Shown: piece after piece, positions 24,199 to 34,883 of the stretch | Layout of the letters: each line of letters starts with the position of its first letter | Position numbering within the stretch: position 1 is the stretch's first letter | From: Fistulifera solaris | Lineage: Eukaryota | Assembly (NCBI GenBank): GCA_030295235.1 | Contig: AP026129.1 | Span: 1,240,001-1,304,000 of the forward strand | Reading direction: 5' to 3' | Length of the DNA stretch: 64,000 nucleotides | Program-made: the position numbers and the translations under genes | Notes under the pieces: model-generated | What the model saw: only the letters and a program-made list of their open reading frames with translations | What the model was told of the DNA's origin: nothing | Database searches by the model: none

Positions 24199-26401
24199 AT
24201 GGGAAAATCCGGCATTAGCTTCATCGAAAGTCACATCACTACGGTGCGGCATGGCGATACCTTCGAACGAACCTGCAAATATTGCCCCGCGACACGGAAA
24301 AGCCAGCAATTGCAAGCTCCTCGATGGGCGGTTCATTTTATTGAATGCGAAGCGTGTCCGCGGGCGGTGAAAGTCGAAGCCTACCGTAGATATCCTGCCA
24401 GCAAGGAAGTGAAAGCTGCGGCGATTGAAGCCAACATTTTGTGCGAGACGACGGGAAGCATGTTTGACAATAATGCGCAGGATGTCGCGTTGAGCATGGT
24501 GTCTTTGAGTGCACCGCGCGTCTCTTCCGTGGCGAGCACGAATAAGAAAGAGAGATCACCAGCACCCAAGAAACAAAAGACTTTAATGGAGGTCTATGAC
24601 CAGAAATGTCATCCGGTAAAAGCGGCACGCATCCGTGAGAAAATTACGGCCTTTTTGATTGAAGCGGGCATCTCCATCAGTGCCGTTGAAACACCCGCGT
24701 TCGGTGAACTGCTTCGAGAGCTCAATCCGGACTTTGCGCCTTTGATGGTACCGGCGCGGCAGTTGCTGCGTCAGGATCTGGTGCGCTACCACGACAAGAT
24801 CCAAGAGACCATCCAATTGGCCATTACCCGACAGCCGGAGAAGTACATGACGCTAGGCATTGACAGTTTTGTCAATGAAAATGGTGATCAAGTGTACATC
24901 TTTACCGCGGCAAAAGGCGACAAAGTGTTGTTCGTGGATTGTGTGTATATGACCAAAGAATGGCAGAGCGAACAAGAAATCGCCAGGATCATTCTGGCTC
25001 AGCTTCGCGCTGTGGCGGATGGGCAACCCGTCGAGGCCGTCTTTGGGGGTTTTGTGTTTGATCCCACCAAAGTGGATCCAGGAGCCGGTAAAGTCGTTCA
25101 AGAGGAGTTTTCCAAGCTGATGGTTTCGGGGTGCAGCACTCATGCGGCGGACCTTCTCGTGGAAGAGTTTGCCAAGATTCGCGTGATTCGTGAAACCGTG
25201 GAGGATGGCTTCTTTGTAGCCAAATTTGTGAAAGAACACGATCGGGTAAAGGTTCTTTACAAAAATCATCTGATCAATTTAGGAAAGGGAACACCACAGA
25301 ATCCCACCGCCCAGATGCGCGTTGCCTATTGCAATCATACTCTCAAGCATGTACTGGGGGAGAGTTGCTGCAACATCAAAATCATGCGGAGTTTGATGTC
25401 CGATCCTGCGTGGGATGAAGTCGTCAGTACTATTGACCAAGAAGAGGTATCAAAATTTGTCCGTTTGATCAAAGGAGCGGAGAGTCATTCTTTTATGAAA
25501 AGAATTGATGCCGTGCAGATGCTTACTTCGACAGTTGCAGTATTTATTGCTCATATCGAGAGACGAAGTGTTCGAGGAAGCTGGATTATTCCTCTGTTTG
25601 AAGCTTTCAAAAGGATATCTGGTATTGGCAAAATGAGCCTAGTGTTTCCCTCATCCTAGGGGTAGAAGCATGTGAGGCTGTCTTGGCTACCTTTTCCAGT
25701 AGATATAGAGGAGACGAGGACAGTGGCGTGAAGACAATTTACAATCAGGAGCTCTTGCTTTCTATGATCTTGGATCCCTATACCTCAGTACCGAGAAACG
25801 ACTTGACTGCCATTGAGCCCAACTGGTTAAAAGACTGCCGCAGTGTCCTCGAGCGATACTACGGCAGCGGTACAGCAGAAGCTCACGTAGCGGAATTTGA
25901 ACTCATGGGATTAGTTGATGCGGTAACAGAGGGCCGAGGCATATTTGGGGAGAGTGCAATTCGTTTGCAGACCATGATTCGTCAAGGCGAACAAGAAGAG
26001 TCACACGGTTTGTACCACGTCAAGAGAATAGTGAAGCAGCAGCTGGCTATGCTCAGAGGGACGCCGGTCACCATTTGGCGGACAAGCTTTGCAATGGAGT
26101 ATCCAAGGCTCGCTGAAATAATGGAGAGATTGCTACCACTAACCATTCAATCAGGTGATGTTGAGCGTTGCTGCCAATTAAACAAGCTTATCCAAGCAAA
26201 ATGTGGAACAGCTTGCCTAAGGCCAGCTTCAAAATGCTCGTTGGTTGCCATGTCAATTCTCGTCTTCAGCGATTAATGGCGTCTTCCGTGAAAGGGAGCC
26301 CAGATCTTGCTGAAGATGGGATGGATATTGCACCAATCAATGAGGGCTTTCTCTCCGAGAGAGCCATCGATTTGCTTGACGAGGATTCAGGTGAAGAATA
26401 G
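24199..26401 (+). mobile_element. hAT-superfamily transposase-derived gene (BED-like Zn finger, DUF659/RNase H core, hAT dimerisation domain); no TIRs found
   Basis: CKYC...H...C finger; FLIEAGISISAVETPAF..L...LNP; TLGID; second D (FDPT); GCSTH (CxxH); W....YPRLAEIMERLLPLTIQSGDVER; frameshifts ~25620 and ~26200. Confidence 0.8.
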
Positions 26402-26718
26402 GGGGAGCAACCTAACGGCAATTCATTGTAGGACTAACAGTACCTGGTAGTAACAATGTATCAAGACCTTCGCGTCTCGTTTCACTAATTTTCTTGGGAC
26501 TGAACTAGGCAGAAATTCGAAATTCATAAAGTGCCTTTTATCGTCAAAAGCCAAGCGACTAGCTTTCAGCGAACCCAATAAACCAAACCATAGAGAGTTG
26601 GAAATGCAACGATACGGATAATGATCATTCTGGATATTGATCAAGCCAGTAATTAAAGCTAACGCCCTCACAAGGCGACTATACTAAACAAGCTGCTCTA
26701 AATATCCAGCCCTTAATT

Positions 26719-28193
26719 TTACGACTGACGAAGTAGAGAATCCATCGCTTCTTTCAATGAGCTCTCGCCTCCCAGTAATTCCAATAACGGAAAATCTTTC
26801 CAAGTGATCATTTCATAAAGAGTAATATATCTTCTCGCCAGCTCCAGCACCAAATCACGTGGTGCCTCGGGAAGAACCTCGTCGTTGTAAGGATCGCAAT
26901 TATCCCGAAACCACAATCGCAGAAATTCCTTATCGATATTGTCCGGTTCTTGTCCTAACGCCACTTTCTGCTGATAGGTACTCGCCAACCAATAACGAGA
27001 CGAATCCGGTGTATGCACTTCATCAATTAGTAAAATTTCCCCCGTTTCTTCGTCTCGACCAAATTCGTACTTCGTATCAACTAGAATCAATCCATGCTCT
27101 GCCGCAATTTGTTGTCCTAACGCAAAGACTTTCAGGGCCGCTTCCGCACAAACCTCCAAATCGTCCGGTGTCATCCATTGCTCGTCCACAATATCTTTCA
27201 TGGAAATCGGACGATCGTGTTCTTCTTCTTTCGTGGTGGGTGTCAAAAGATTGGTTGGCAATTTCTGATTCTTCACCATGCCATCGGCCAACTCATGACC
27301 ACAGTAACTACGGACACCTTTCTGGTAGTTGCTCCAAATCGAAGTCGATGTCGATCCGGTCATGTAGGATCTGATTTTAGTAGAGAATATATAAAAGTAA
27401 GAAAGCCTTACGAGAGCGAACTCGGCTCCATTTCAAACAACATATTACACAAAAACACGTACCGCACGACAAATTCAATCGGAAATGGTTTGCACTTGCG
27501 ACAGACACTAATATACGGATGCGGGACGGCCACCAAATGATTCGGAATAATGCTGGCCGTTTGTTCGAACCAAAACGCACTCGTCAAATTGAGGACAGCT
27601 CCCTTGAAGGGTACTTTGGCCAACATGCGGTCAAATCCGGATTGTCGATCGGTCGTCACCAAAGCCAGTAGTTGTTGGTCGGGAAGCTCAAAACGATCCC
27701 GGACTTTGCCGCGCATGGTACTTTGCAACGAATCGCCCGTGATTTGCAGTTGTTGATCGTAACACGTGGCCATGGCGTTGGCATAGAACGGCGACGACGT
27801 GCGCAATTGTGCATCTTGGACGAGACGGGCTTGTCGGTTCTCTAAAGTAACTTGTTCTACTATTTCGCGCAAGGTGGTCGAAGCCAACGAACAGCATTTC
27901 GCAATGGCCAGTGCTGTCGTAGCGACATCGTTCGCCGATGTCAAAGTAATGATCGGTGCCGTCGACTCGGTTTCCAGTATAGAAGTACTGGAGGTAGAAG
28001 GACCCAAGACAACAAACAAACTCGGTTGATTTTTGTGCAAAAGCAAAAGACGATCGGCCGGTGTTTGCGTCGATCGAATCAACACGTGACGCAGTCCAAA
28101 GCGTGACAGTAAAATGTCGCCGACGGCTAATGCATACGTTTGTAAGTCATGAGGAATTAACAACAGAATGACCGGCTCGGGCGATGAGGACAT
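26719..28193 (-). CDS. purC: SAICAR synthetase with a ~130-aa N-terminal PurE-like extension, two exons
   Basis: RGKVRD, VTTDRQSGFDR, KG.VLN, EFVVR|SYMTGST (intron 27462-27371), TPTTK, LVDTKYEFG, IDEVHTPDSSRYW, DKEFLRLW. Confidence 0.95.
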
Positions 28194-28607
28194 GTTGATG
28201 ATTGATTTGTATTAGAAAAAGAGGAAAATCGAAGGAAATATGAAGCAACGGTGGCGATCCTTTTCTCTATACACTATACTTGTTTCTCGGAAAAACGTTT
28301 TTCGTGGATGGGGCGATGCTCGTCTTATTGTTCGTTTTCTCGGCTGCGCTTTTGCGGTTCGGGGGAAAAGACTCGCACGGATGCCAGCCAGACGCTCACA
28401 GGAATAAGAAAAAACGAACGGTGGATTACGCATCTTTCGTGACTGCATATCGGCAAGACCAAAAGGGACTCAATGCCTTGGGATAAAAAATAATGTGGCA
28501 CCGATGATGATGCCGCATAGGAAAAAAAAGCGTTTTACTTTTGTGCCGTCGCATACATCGTTTCTATTCCATTTGCTTTGCATTCATTTCTATTCATTCT
28601 GCCCTTT

Positions 28608-28891
28608 ATGCAATACCGCGTCACCGTCCCCGAGGGTGTCGAAGGAGGACACGTTGTATCCGTCAATGCCGAAGGCACCAATTCCAAGTCCGCGTGCCTT
28701 CGGATGTACAAGCGGGAGAATCGTTTCTCTTTACGGTCGAAGCGGAAAAACCTCATACCTTGATTGTGTTTCACAATGTTCAGGATTTGGGGATTGCCTT
28801 GTGTTTGGGGGGTGCAATTGGCATGGCGATTGTAGTGGGGTTTGTTATGGGTGTGTTGTTGGTCACCGAGCCTTTATTGCCTCCAATATGA
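28608..28891 (+). CDS. Small protein: VxVP-x-G beta-repeat domain plus C-terminal transmembrane helix
   Basis: MQYRVTVPEGVEGGHVVSV..(frameshift ~28680)..FQVRVPSDVQAGESFLF; hydrophobic tail LGIALCLGGAIGMAIVVGFVMGVLLV. Confidence 0.55.
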
Positions 28892-29016
28892 CGAAAGGAG
28901 TCATGAGAAAAGAAAGCAATGTGATGGTAAAGAGAAGGAGCTGCCACCGAACACTCTTATAATGATACATTAGATAAAACTTTGGGCTTTTGATTTCATT
29001 TCATTTACCGAACTAT

Positions 29017-29985
29017 CTACTTTACGACTGCAACCGAACCGCTGCGAAACGCACGTACTTGAACGGCCGCGAATTGCAATTCCTCTTCCAGATAAGGCTT
29101 CCATTTTATCACATTTTTGTGTGCATACTCCAACAACTCGCCCTCATCGACTTCAATACAAACACGATTTTGGGCGAGCAAACGAACCCGTACATTGCAC
29201 GTTTCATCAACACCCAACTGCTGTCGCACAAATCGTTCCGCTTGTTCGATGCGTTTTAAATGATCTCGCGTGGCGGGTACCCCCAAGGCCAACCGTGATC
29301 GCAAACACGGACTCGCGGCAAAATTCCAATTCAATAAGCCCATATGCCGGGCCGCCAGTCGGACTTGTTGTTTGTCTACAAAGAGCAGTGGCGACTGAAC
29401 GCGAAAGTGTTGGGCCGCGAGTAATCCAACCCGGGTCGGATCTTTCGTGTCATCGGCGTTGGTCCCATTGTACAATTGCACCGCGTCATCGACGGACGCA
29501 TACACCGCCTTTAATGTCGAATACAGGTGCGTTTTGCACGCGAAACACGCCTGTCCGGCATTTTGTATGTACAACGGATCGTTCCCTTCGTGCGTGTAAA
29601 CGAATTGCAAAGGAATCCCAATTTGGGCGGCGACACGGACGGCCAAGTCACGTTGTTCGATCGGGACAGCCGGCGATAGTCCCAAGATGGCCCGTGCTTG
29701 TGGGGCGACGCGATGTACCAGTGCCGCCGTCAGGGACGAATCGACGCCACCGGAATAGGCAATAACATGATGATGCGTGGCGTTCTGTATCAAGGATTGG
29801 GTGTATTCGAGTAAGGAATCGACCAAGGCGGTTGCCTGTTGTGTATCGTATGATTGTGAAGTAGTCCGATATGTCGTAATTTCCACTGGGCTGGAGAAAG
29901 AAGAAGATTGCAGCATATTCCTTTTCCGATGGGCAGGTTGTAGTGAAGAATTTACATGTCCTGCAATCACCCGATGGCTTCGCAT
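29017..29985 (-). CDS. larE: LarE-like ATP-dependent PP-loop sulfur transferase
   Basis: IAYSGGVDS PP-loop, SPAVP, Y..N...ACFACK, NGTNADD...R.G..AA, SPL, K..VR..A..GL, ASPCL.SR, IEQAE, VRVR. Confidence 0.88.
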   Translation of the reverse strand: MRSHRVIAGHVNSSLQPAHRKRNMLQSSSFSSPVEITTYRTTSQSYDTQQATALVDSLLEYTQSLIQNATHHHVIAYSGGVDSSLTAALVHRVAPQARAILGLSPAVPIEQRDLAVRVAAQIGIPLQFVYTHEGNDPLYIQNAGQACFACKTHLYSTLKAVYASVDDAVQLYNGTNADDTKDPTRVGLLAAQHFRVQSPLLFVDKQQVRLAARHMGLLNWNFAASPCLRSRLALGVPATRDHLKRIEQAERFVRQQLGVDETCNVRVRLLAQNRVCIEVDEGELLEYAHKNVIKWKPYLEEELQFAAVQVRAFRSGSVAVVK

Positions 29986-30119
29986 GTTCAAACTATGTAA
30001 AGTCTTACAATATTCTCTATCAGATCCTCTTGTTAACAGCAGTAGAATCATACGATCAGCAATCCTCGTCTAGATGAAGAATGTTCATTCTCATCGTGGC
30101 GCTGAGGTGTTGGCAAATA

Positions 30120-30137
30120 TTACGGAGTACTCCGTAA
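30120..30137. promoter_or_regulatory. Perfect 18-bp palindrome TTACGGAGTACTCCGTAA upstream of larE
   Basis: Directly visible; a further TACGGAGTA copy lies at 30169. Regulatory role is inferred. Confidence 0.5.
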
Positions 30138-30481
30138 GAAAAAAACGTTTTCGCCGTCACCAAAAATATACGGAGTATAATAAAATAACACGTGACTCGT
30201 GACTAGTTGTTCGGGAATGACTAGACCCAAAACGACGATGACTTCAAACTCGTGACCCAATGCGCAAAAATGGCTAATGGACGTGCCCGCAAACAAAATC
30301 TCCCCCCAAAACCCGATAATACGTCGAACGTTGACGCGTTTTCCTAATACGTAATGTCTTCAAAAACAGCGCTCTATAAGCCTATTCATTCGTATAATTA
30401 AGCGTACAAGTCACTCAAGTCAATACTACGCAACTCTTTGCAAAGTCCCTCGATTGATAAACATTCGAGGAGTTTAATCCG

Positions 30482-33258
30482 TTACGCATCATCACGGATA
30501 CTTCTTCGCCCGATGATTCGTCCTTGTCGGCGACACAACCAAAAACGATCGGTGCGGCTGCACGTCAATCGATGATTTTGACATTCGAGTGACGATCGAG
30601 GCGCCCGATTGCACGATTGACACGTGGCGCGAGTCACACTGACCCACTTGCAATACGACGCCACACAATTCACACCGAGCGGCACGCCATTGACGATTGT
30701 TCCGCAATTGCCTCCCGACGGAATCGGAGTGCTCATGGTCGGAACCAGTGCTGGAGCAGGAGCGGGAACAGGTACTGGAACTGGTACGGGTAGGGGAACT
30801 GGTACAGGAACCGGTACGGGCAGTGGTGCTGGGACAGGAACTGGTAGGGGTGCTGGGACGGGGACAGGAACTGGTAGGGGTGCTGGAACTGGAACTGGTA
30901 GGGGTGCTGGGACCGGTACGGGCACTGGTAGGGGTGCTGGAACAGGAACGGTAACGGGCGCGGAGCACGCGTTGGTGCAAAGGCCTCCATTAGATGGACC
31001 ACCATAGATTGGGCAAAAGCCGGCTTGACAGTCGCATTGGCAGGTCTCAACGTTAAAGAACTGACCCCAGCCTTCACATTTGTATTTGGGAGCCGGTGGT
31101 AAACAACGAAACATGTCCGCCCGACTCTTACAGGTCTTGGGTACATATTTAGATTTCGGAACCGGATTGGCCATCCATTCGAGCAAATCCATGTTGGTGA
31201 CAAAATAGACATCATCGTAGGTGGCCATGGTCTGCTCGATCCACTGTTTGAGAGCGGCGCCGTTGGTCTTCAGCCACGACTCGTGCAAATAGATGCCAAA
31301 GGGTGCTCGGTTTCCATGGTAGCGGCGCTCAAAATTCTGCTGCACATCTTTCGTAAACGTTGGGTAATCCATAATGTCGAATATCATCGTGTCATTCTGA
31401 TCGAACCAACGATACATGGGAATTTCCCACATGCCCGGATACGATTGATTGATGCAGCGACCATCGCAAGTGATGCTGCCAGTAAAGCCATTTTCTAAGG
31501 TAAAGGGCCACGTGTTGTTGACTCCAAAGCCAGAATCCACATGATCACCGGGTATCAATGTGGTATCGTAAATGACTTTCAGCTCAGCCAGATTGACAAA
31601 TGTCGTGCTGTCAAAGTCCAAGTAAGGTGCGCGGAAACCCGTTACTTCCGATGTCGGCACACCGCACGCGACCAATTGATCCATGGCGCTTTTAATCTCC
31701 GCCACCGTCGGTTTTCCGGTGTGCAAGCCGGTGTGATGGCCGTGTTCGACGGCTCCGGTGTTGTACATGAATTTGACGGCGTCGCACATGGTCCAGTCAA
31801 AGGACGTGAAAAGCGTGATGCGCGGTGGACAACCGCGGCTGTCCTGAATGTCGAAAATGTATTTCTTGTATTCGACGAACTTTTCTTCCGTTAATCCATC
31901 GTCAAAACTCAATGTTACGAAGAAGGGAATGTCTTTGGTATCCATGATATGTTTGAATGGAAATCGAGAAGCAGGAACTACCGCAGATGAAACAGGAGTG
32001 GGAGCCGAAGGAACATGGGGTGCTGAAGGAACAGGAGCCGGTGCCGATGGAACCGGAACAGGTGCTGAAGGTACGGGGACTGGTGCAGGAGGTGTAGGAG
32101 CTGGGCAATTCCAGTCTACGCAAGAGCCTCCATTGTCGGGTCCACCGTTTATTGGACAAAAGCCTGGTTTGCAGTCGCACTTGCATGTTTCAAAATTGAA
32201 ATGTTGCCCATAGTGTACACACTGGTAGGATGGACCTGGAGGAAGACAACCAAACATCTCCTCTCTGCTTTTGCAGGCCTTGGGTACGTAATACGATTTT
32301 GGAACAGGGTTGGTCATCCATTCAATCAAGTCCATATTTGTGACAAAGTAGACATCATCGTAAGTTGCCAAGGTCTGTTCAATCCATTGTTTGAGGTCGG
32401 CACCATGGGTTTTTTCTCTGAACCAAGGTTCATGCAGATAAATTCCAAAGGGTGCACGGTTTCCGAAATAGCGGCGCTCAAACATCTGCTGAACATCTGA
32501 AGCGAAGTTCGGGTAATCCATGCCATCTAGTACACTATTATTAGTGCCGTACCAGCGATACATCGGAATTTCCCACAAGTCGGGGTAGGATTGGTTGATG
32601 CACCTACCGCCGCAAGTGATGCTTCCAGTGAATCCGTTTTCCAGCGTGAAGGGCCACGTGTTGTTCACTCCGTATCCCGAATCCATATCATCACCTTGTA
32701 TCAACGTTGAGTCGTACATAACTTTCAGTTCAATAAGATGCGAGAAGGTATGAGTGTCAAATTCCAGGTAGGGGGCGCGAAAACCAGTGAGTTTCGAAGC
32801 CGGTACTCCGCAAGCTATCAACTGATCCATCGCGCTCTTGATCTCCTCAATCGGCGGCTTCCCTTTATGCGTTCCTGTATGGTGACCCTGCTCCACTGCA
32901 CCGGTGTTGTACATGAATCTGATGGCATCGCATTGCGTCCAGTCGAAGGAAGTGAAAAGCGTCATGCGCGGTGGACAGCCTCGGCTGTCCTGAATGTCGA
33001 GAATGTACTTTTTGTAGGTGGCAAACTTTTCAGCCGTAACACCATCATCTGAGGTTATAGTGATAAATTGAGGTAGGTTGTTGGTCTCGATGATATCTCT
33101 GAATGGAAAGCGCGAAGGAGGAAACACCGCCTGAAATAAATGGAAAAATGAGCACCTTTTCGATCGCATGGTACCATTCAGTTTGTGATCAATTTACTCA
33201 CGGCGTTCACTCCACTTGAGGAAGCTATCAAAGAGGTCAAAAGGCTGTAGAGCTTCAT
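30482..33258 (-). CDS. Secreted polysaccharide (chitin) deacetylase with two tandem CE4 domains, Cys-rich modules and Pro/Val-rich linkers
   Basis: Signal exon [19 protein letters not shown], intron 33201-33131; each domain has (S/F)DDG, GHHTGxH, GFRAPYL, YD(S/T), [15 protein letters not shown]. Confidence 0.9.
30745..30962 (-). repeat. Degenerate tandem repeat encoding (PV)n-PAPL linker
   Basis: Repeated ACTGGTAGGGGTGCTGG units on the + strand. Confidence 0.85.
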
Positions 33259-34883
33259 TGTCTGCTATTCGATTCAAAGACGTAACTCTACAAAAATGAA
33301 GTCAACAAATTTCGCGTTGTTGACTTTGTTTCTTCGCTCTTCGCCCAAACCAAAGGAGGAAGGCTTCAGATCTCGAGATGCAAACTGCAAACTCGTCCGA
33401 ATCGGTGTACTGCGTACTGCCTACTTCTTTGTACCGTTATGTGTTAATACTGAGTTTCCGTAGATTTTACTGGTACTTCCGACAATTGTCTTTTTTTTCT
33501 AGTTTTACATTAAACAGCTAATTCCCGATTCGCCATCCCAACTTCTACTCAATAAAGTGCAATCAGCGTTTCTGAGCTAGTAGTGCCCCTTTATCAATTT
33601 CAATAGCCCGGAGCCCGGACGAAGTAGTGATATATGCCCCATAGACTCACTGAAAGTTGGTTTCCGTTCGTGATTAACGCGATCCACCAAGGCAAGATGT
33701 AAAATAATGTAAAATGCTGCCTTGCGGCGAGCTTCGTTATCTCGCGAAAAAAAGGATTCATTACTAGAGAGGAGTCTGGGAGTGGGCAAGGTTCTAATCC
33801 AACTGGTAGGATTATTTTTTCACCCACCCAGCTGTCAGCAAACGATGGCGATTGTCAATTGGCTGTTTGCAGGCACATTTCATTCGTTTCAGTGGCACTA
33901 AGTACTGAGCTGCTGACTGGGCTCTGGGCTCTGGGCTCTTTGCTTCCGGTTAGCCATCGACATAACTAACAATTAATTTGGGGTTCTGAGCAGTTTTTGA
34001 CAGGGGGTTAAGTTAGGCAGCAATGATCACAATAATGAAAATTGACAGTCGGCTCACTACTCACTATGGACTCTCTACTCTCCATTGTAGATGGGTCTAT
34101 GCGGGGTGCTGCTGGGTGCTGGGTGCTGGATGCTCTTCGGAGGGTCTAGCGTCTCGCATCTGGCATCTACAAGTACAAGGTACGGTACCGGTACCAGTAC
34201 TTGTACTGTAACACCGCCCGTTCTGTTGGAGCCTCCAGAGTTGACTTCTTGGTCGGCAAACACACACCGCCCTCATCAATTTCTAATCAGCTATGGACTG
34301 AATACTCGTGACTGAACCAGCCGATGGCAATGGCATCGAACCAACAACCTTGCACCGATCGATTTGCACCAAGATGAAATTAAATGGATGGTAGGTGTTC
34401 GTAGCTAAAGCAAGAGATCAGGCGCGGATACCAGGATCGGTGCTGTAGGCTTTTGAAAAAAGATGCGGGACGACAAGTAGCTCCACTGGAGATGAAGCGA
34501 TAGATGTTGTCACTAAAGCCGGGGCAATAATTGAAATAATCATCTTACACACGTGTCCAGGCCAACACATGTCGTTCGAATCGCGGTTCGAATTCAATCT
34601 ACCGCAATAGAATATAACACGCCACACGCAATTTATCCGGGAAGCGTAGTATCACCAAGTTCGAAAGCGTAATACCTCGGAATTGGAAGTAATAGGCTTT
34701 GTTGGAGTTGATGAAATGAAATGGGGGCGGGGCAATGCCTGATGCTTCTCTGAGGTGTGCAGAACAAGATAAACGGCTATCGATCGAACGTCAGTGCCAG
34801 TCCGCCTCGTTAACATATTTGAAGAAGACGAATGCTATCTATGCCAGGAAACGGTGACTGAGCACATTCTGCACGATTAGTGT

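Noticed and set aside
26703..26716. CAGCCCT resembling a hAT 3' TIR end
   Set aside because: No matching AGGGCTG found upstream of the transposase, and it lies right at the purC 3' end
30624..31007. Gly/Thr-rich ORF on the + strand
   Set aside because: Antisense reading of the Pro/Val linker of the deacetylase
33740..33820. GGTTCTAATCC resembling a tRNA T-loop/B-box, followed by a T-run
   Set aside because: No acceptor, D or anticodon stems can be folded; not supportable as a tRNA or SINE
33890..34140. Short CTGGGCT / CTGGGTG heptamer repeats
   Set aside because: Only about three copies each; ordinary low-complexity intergenic sequence
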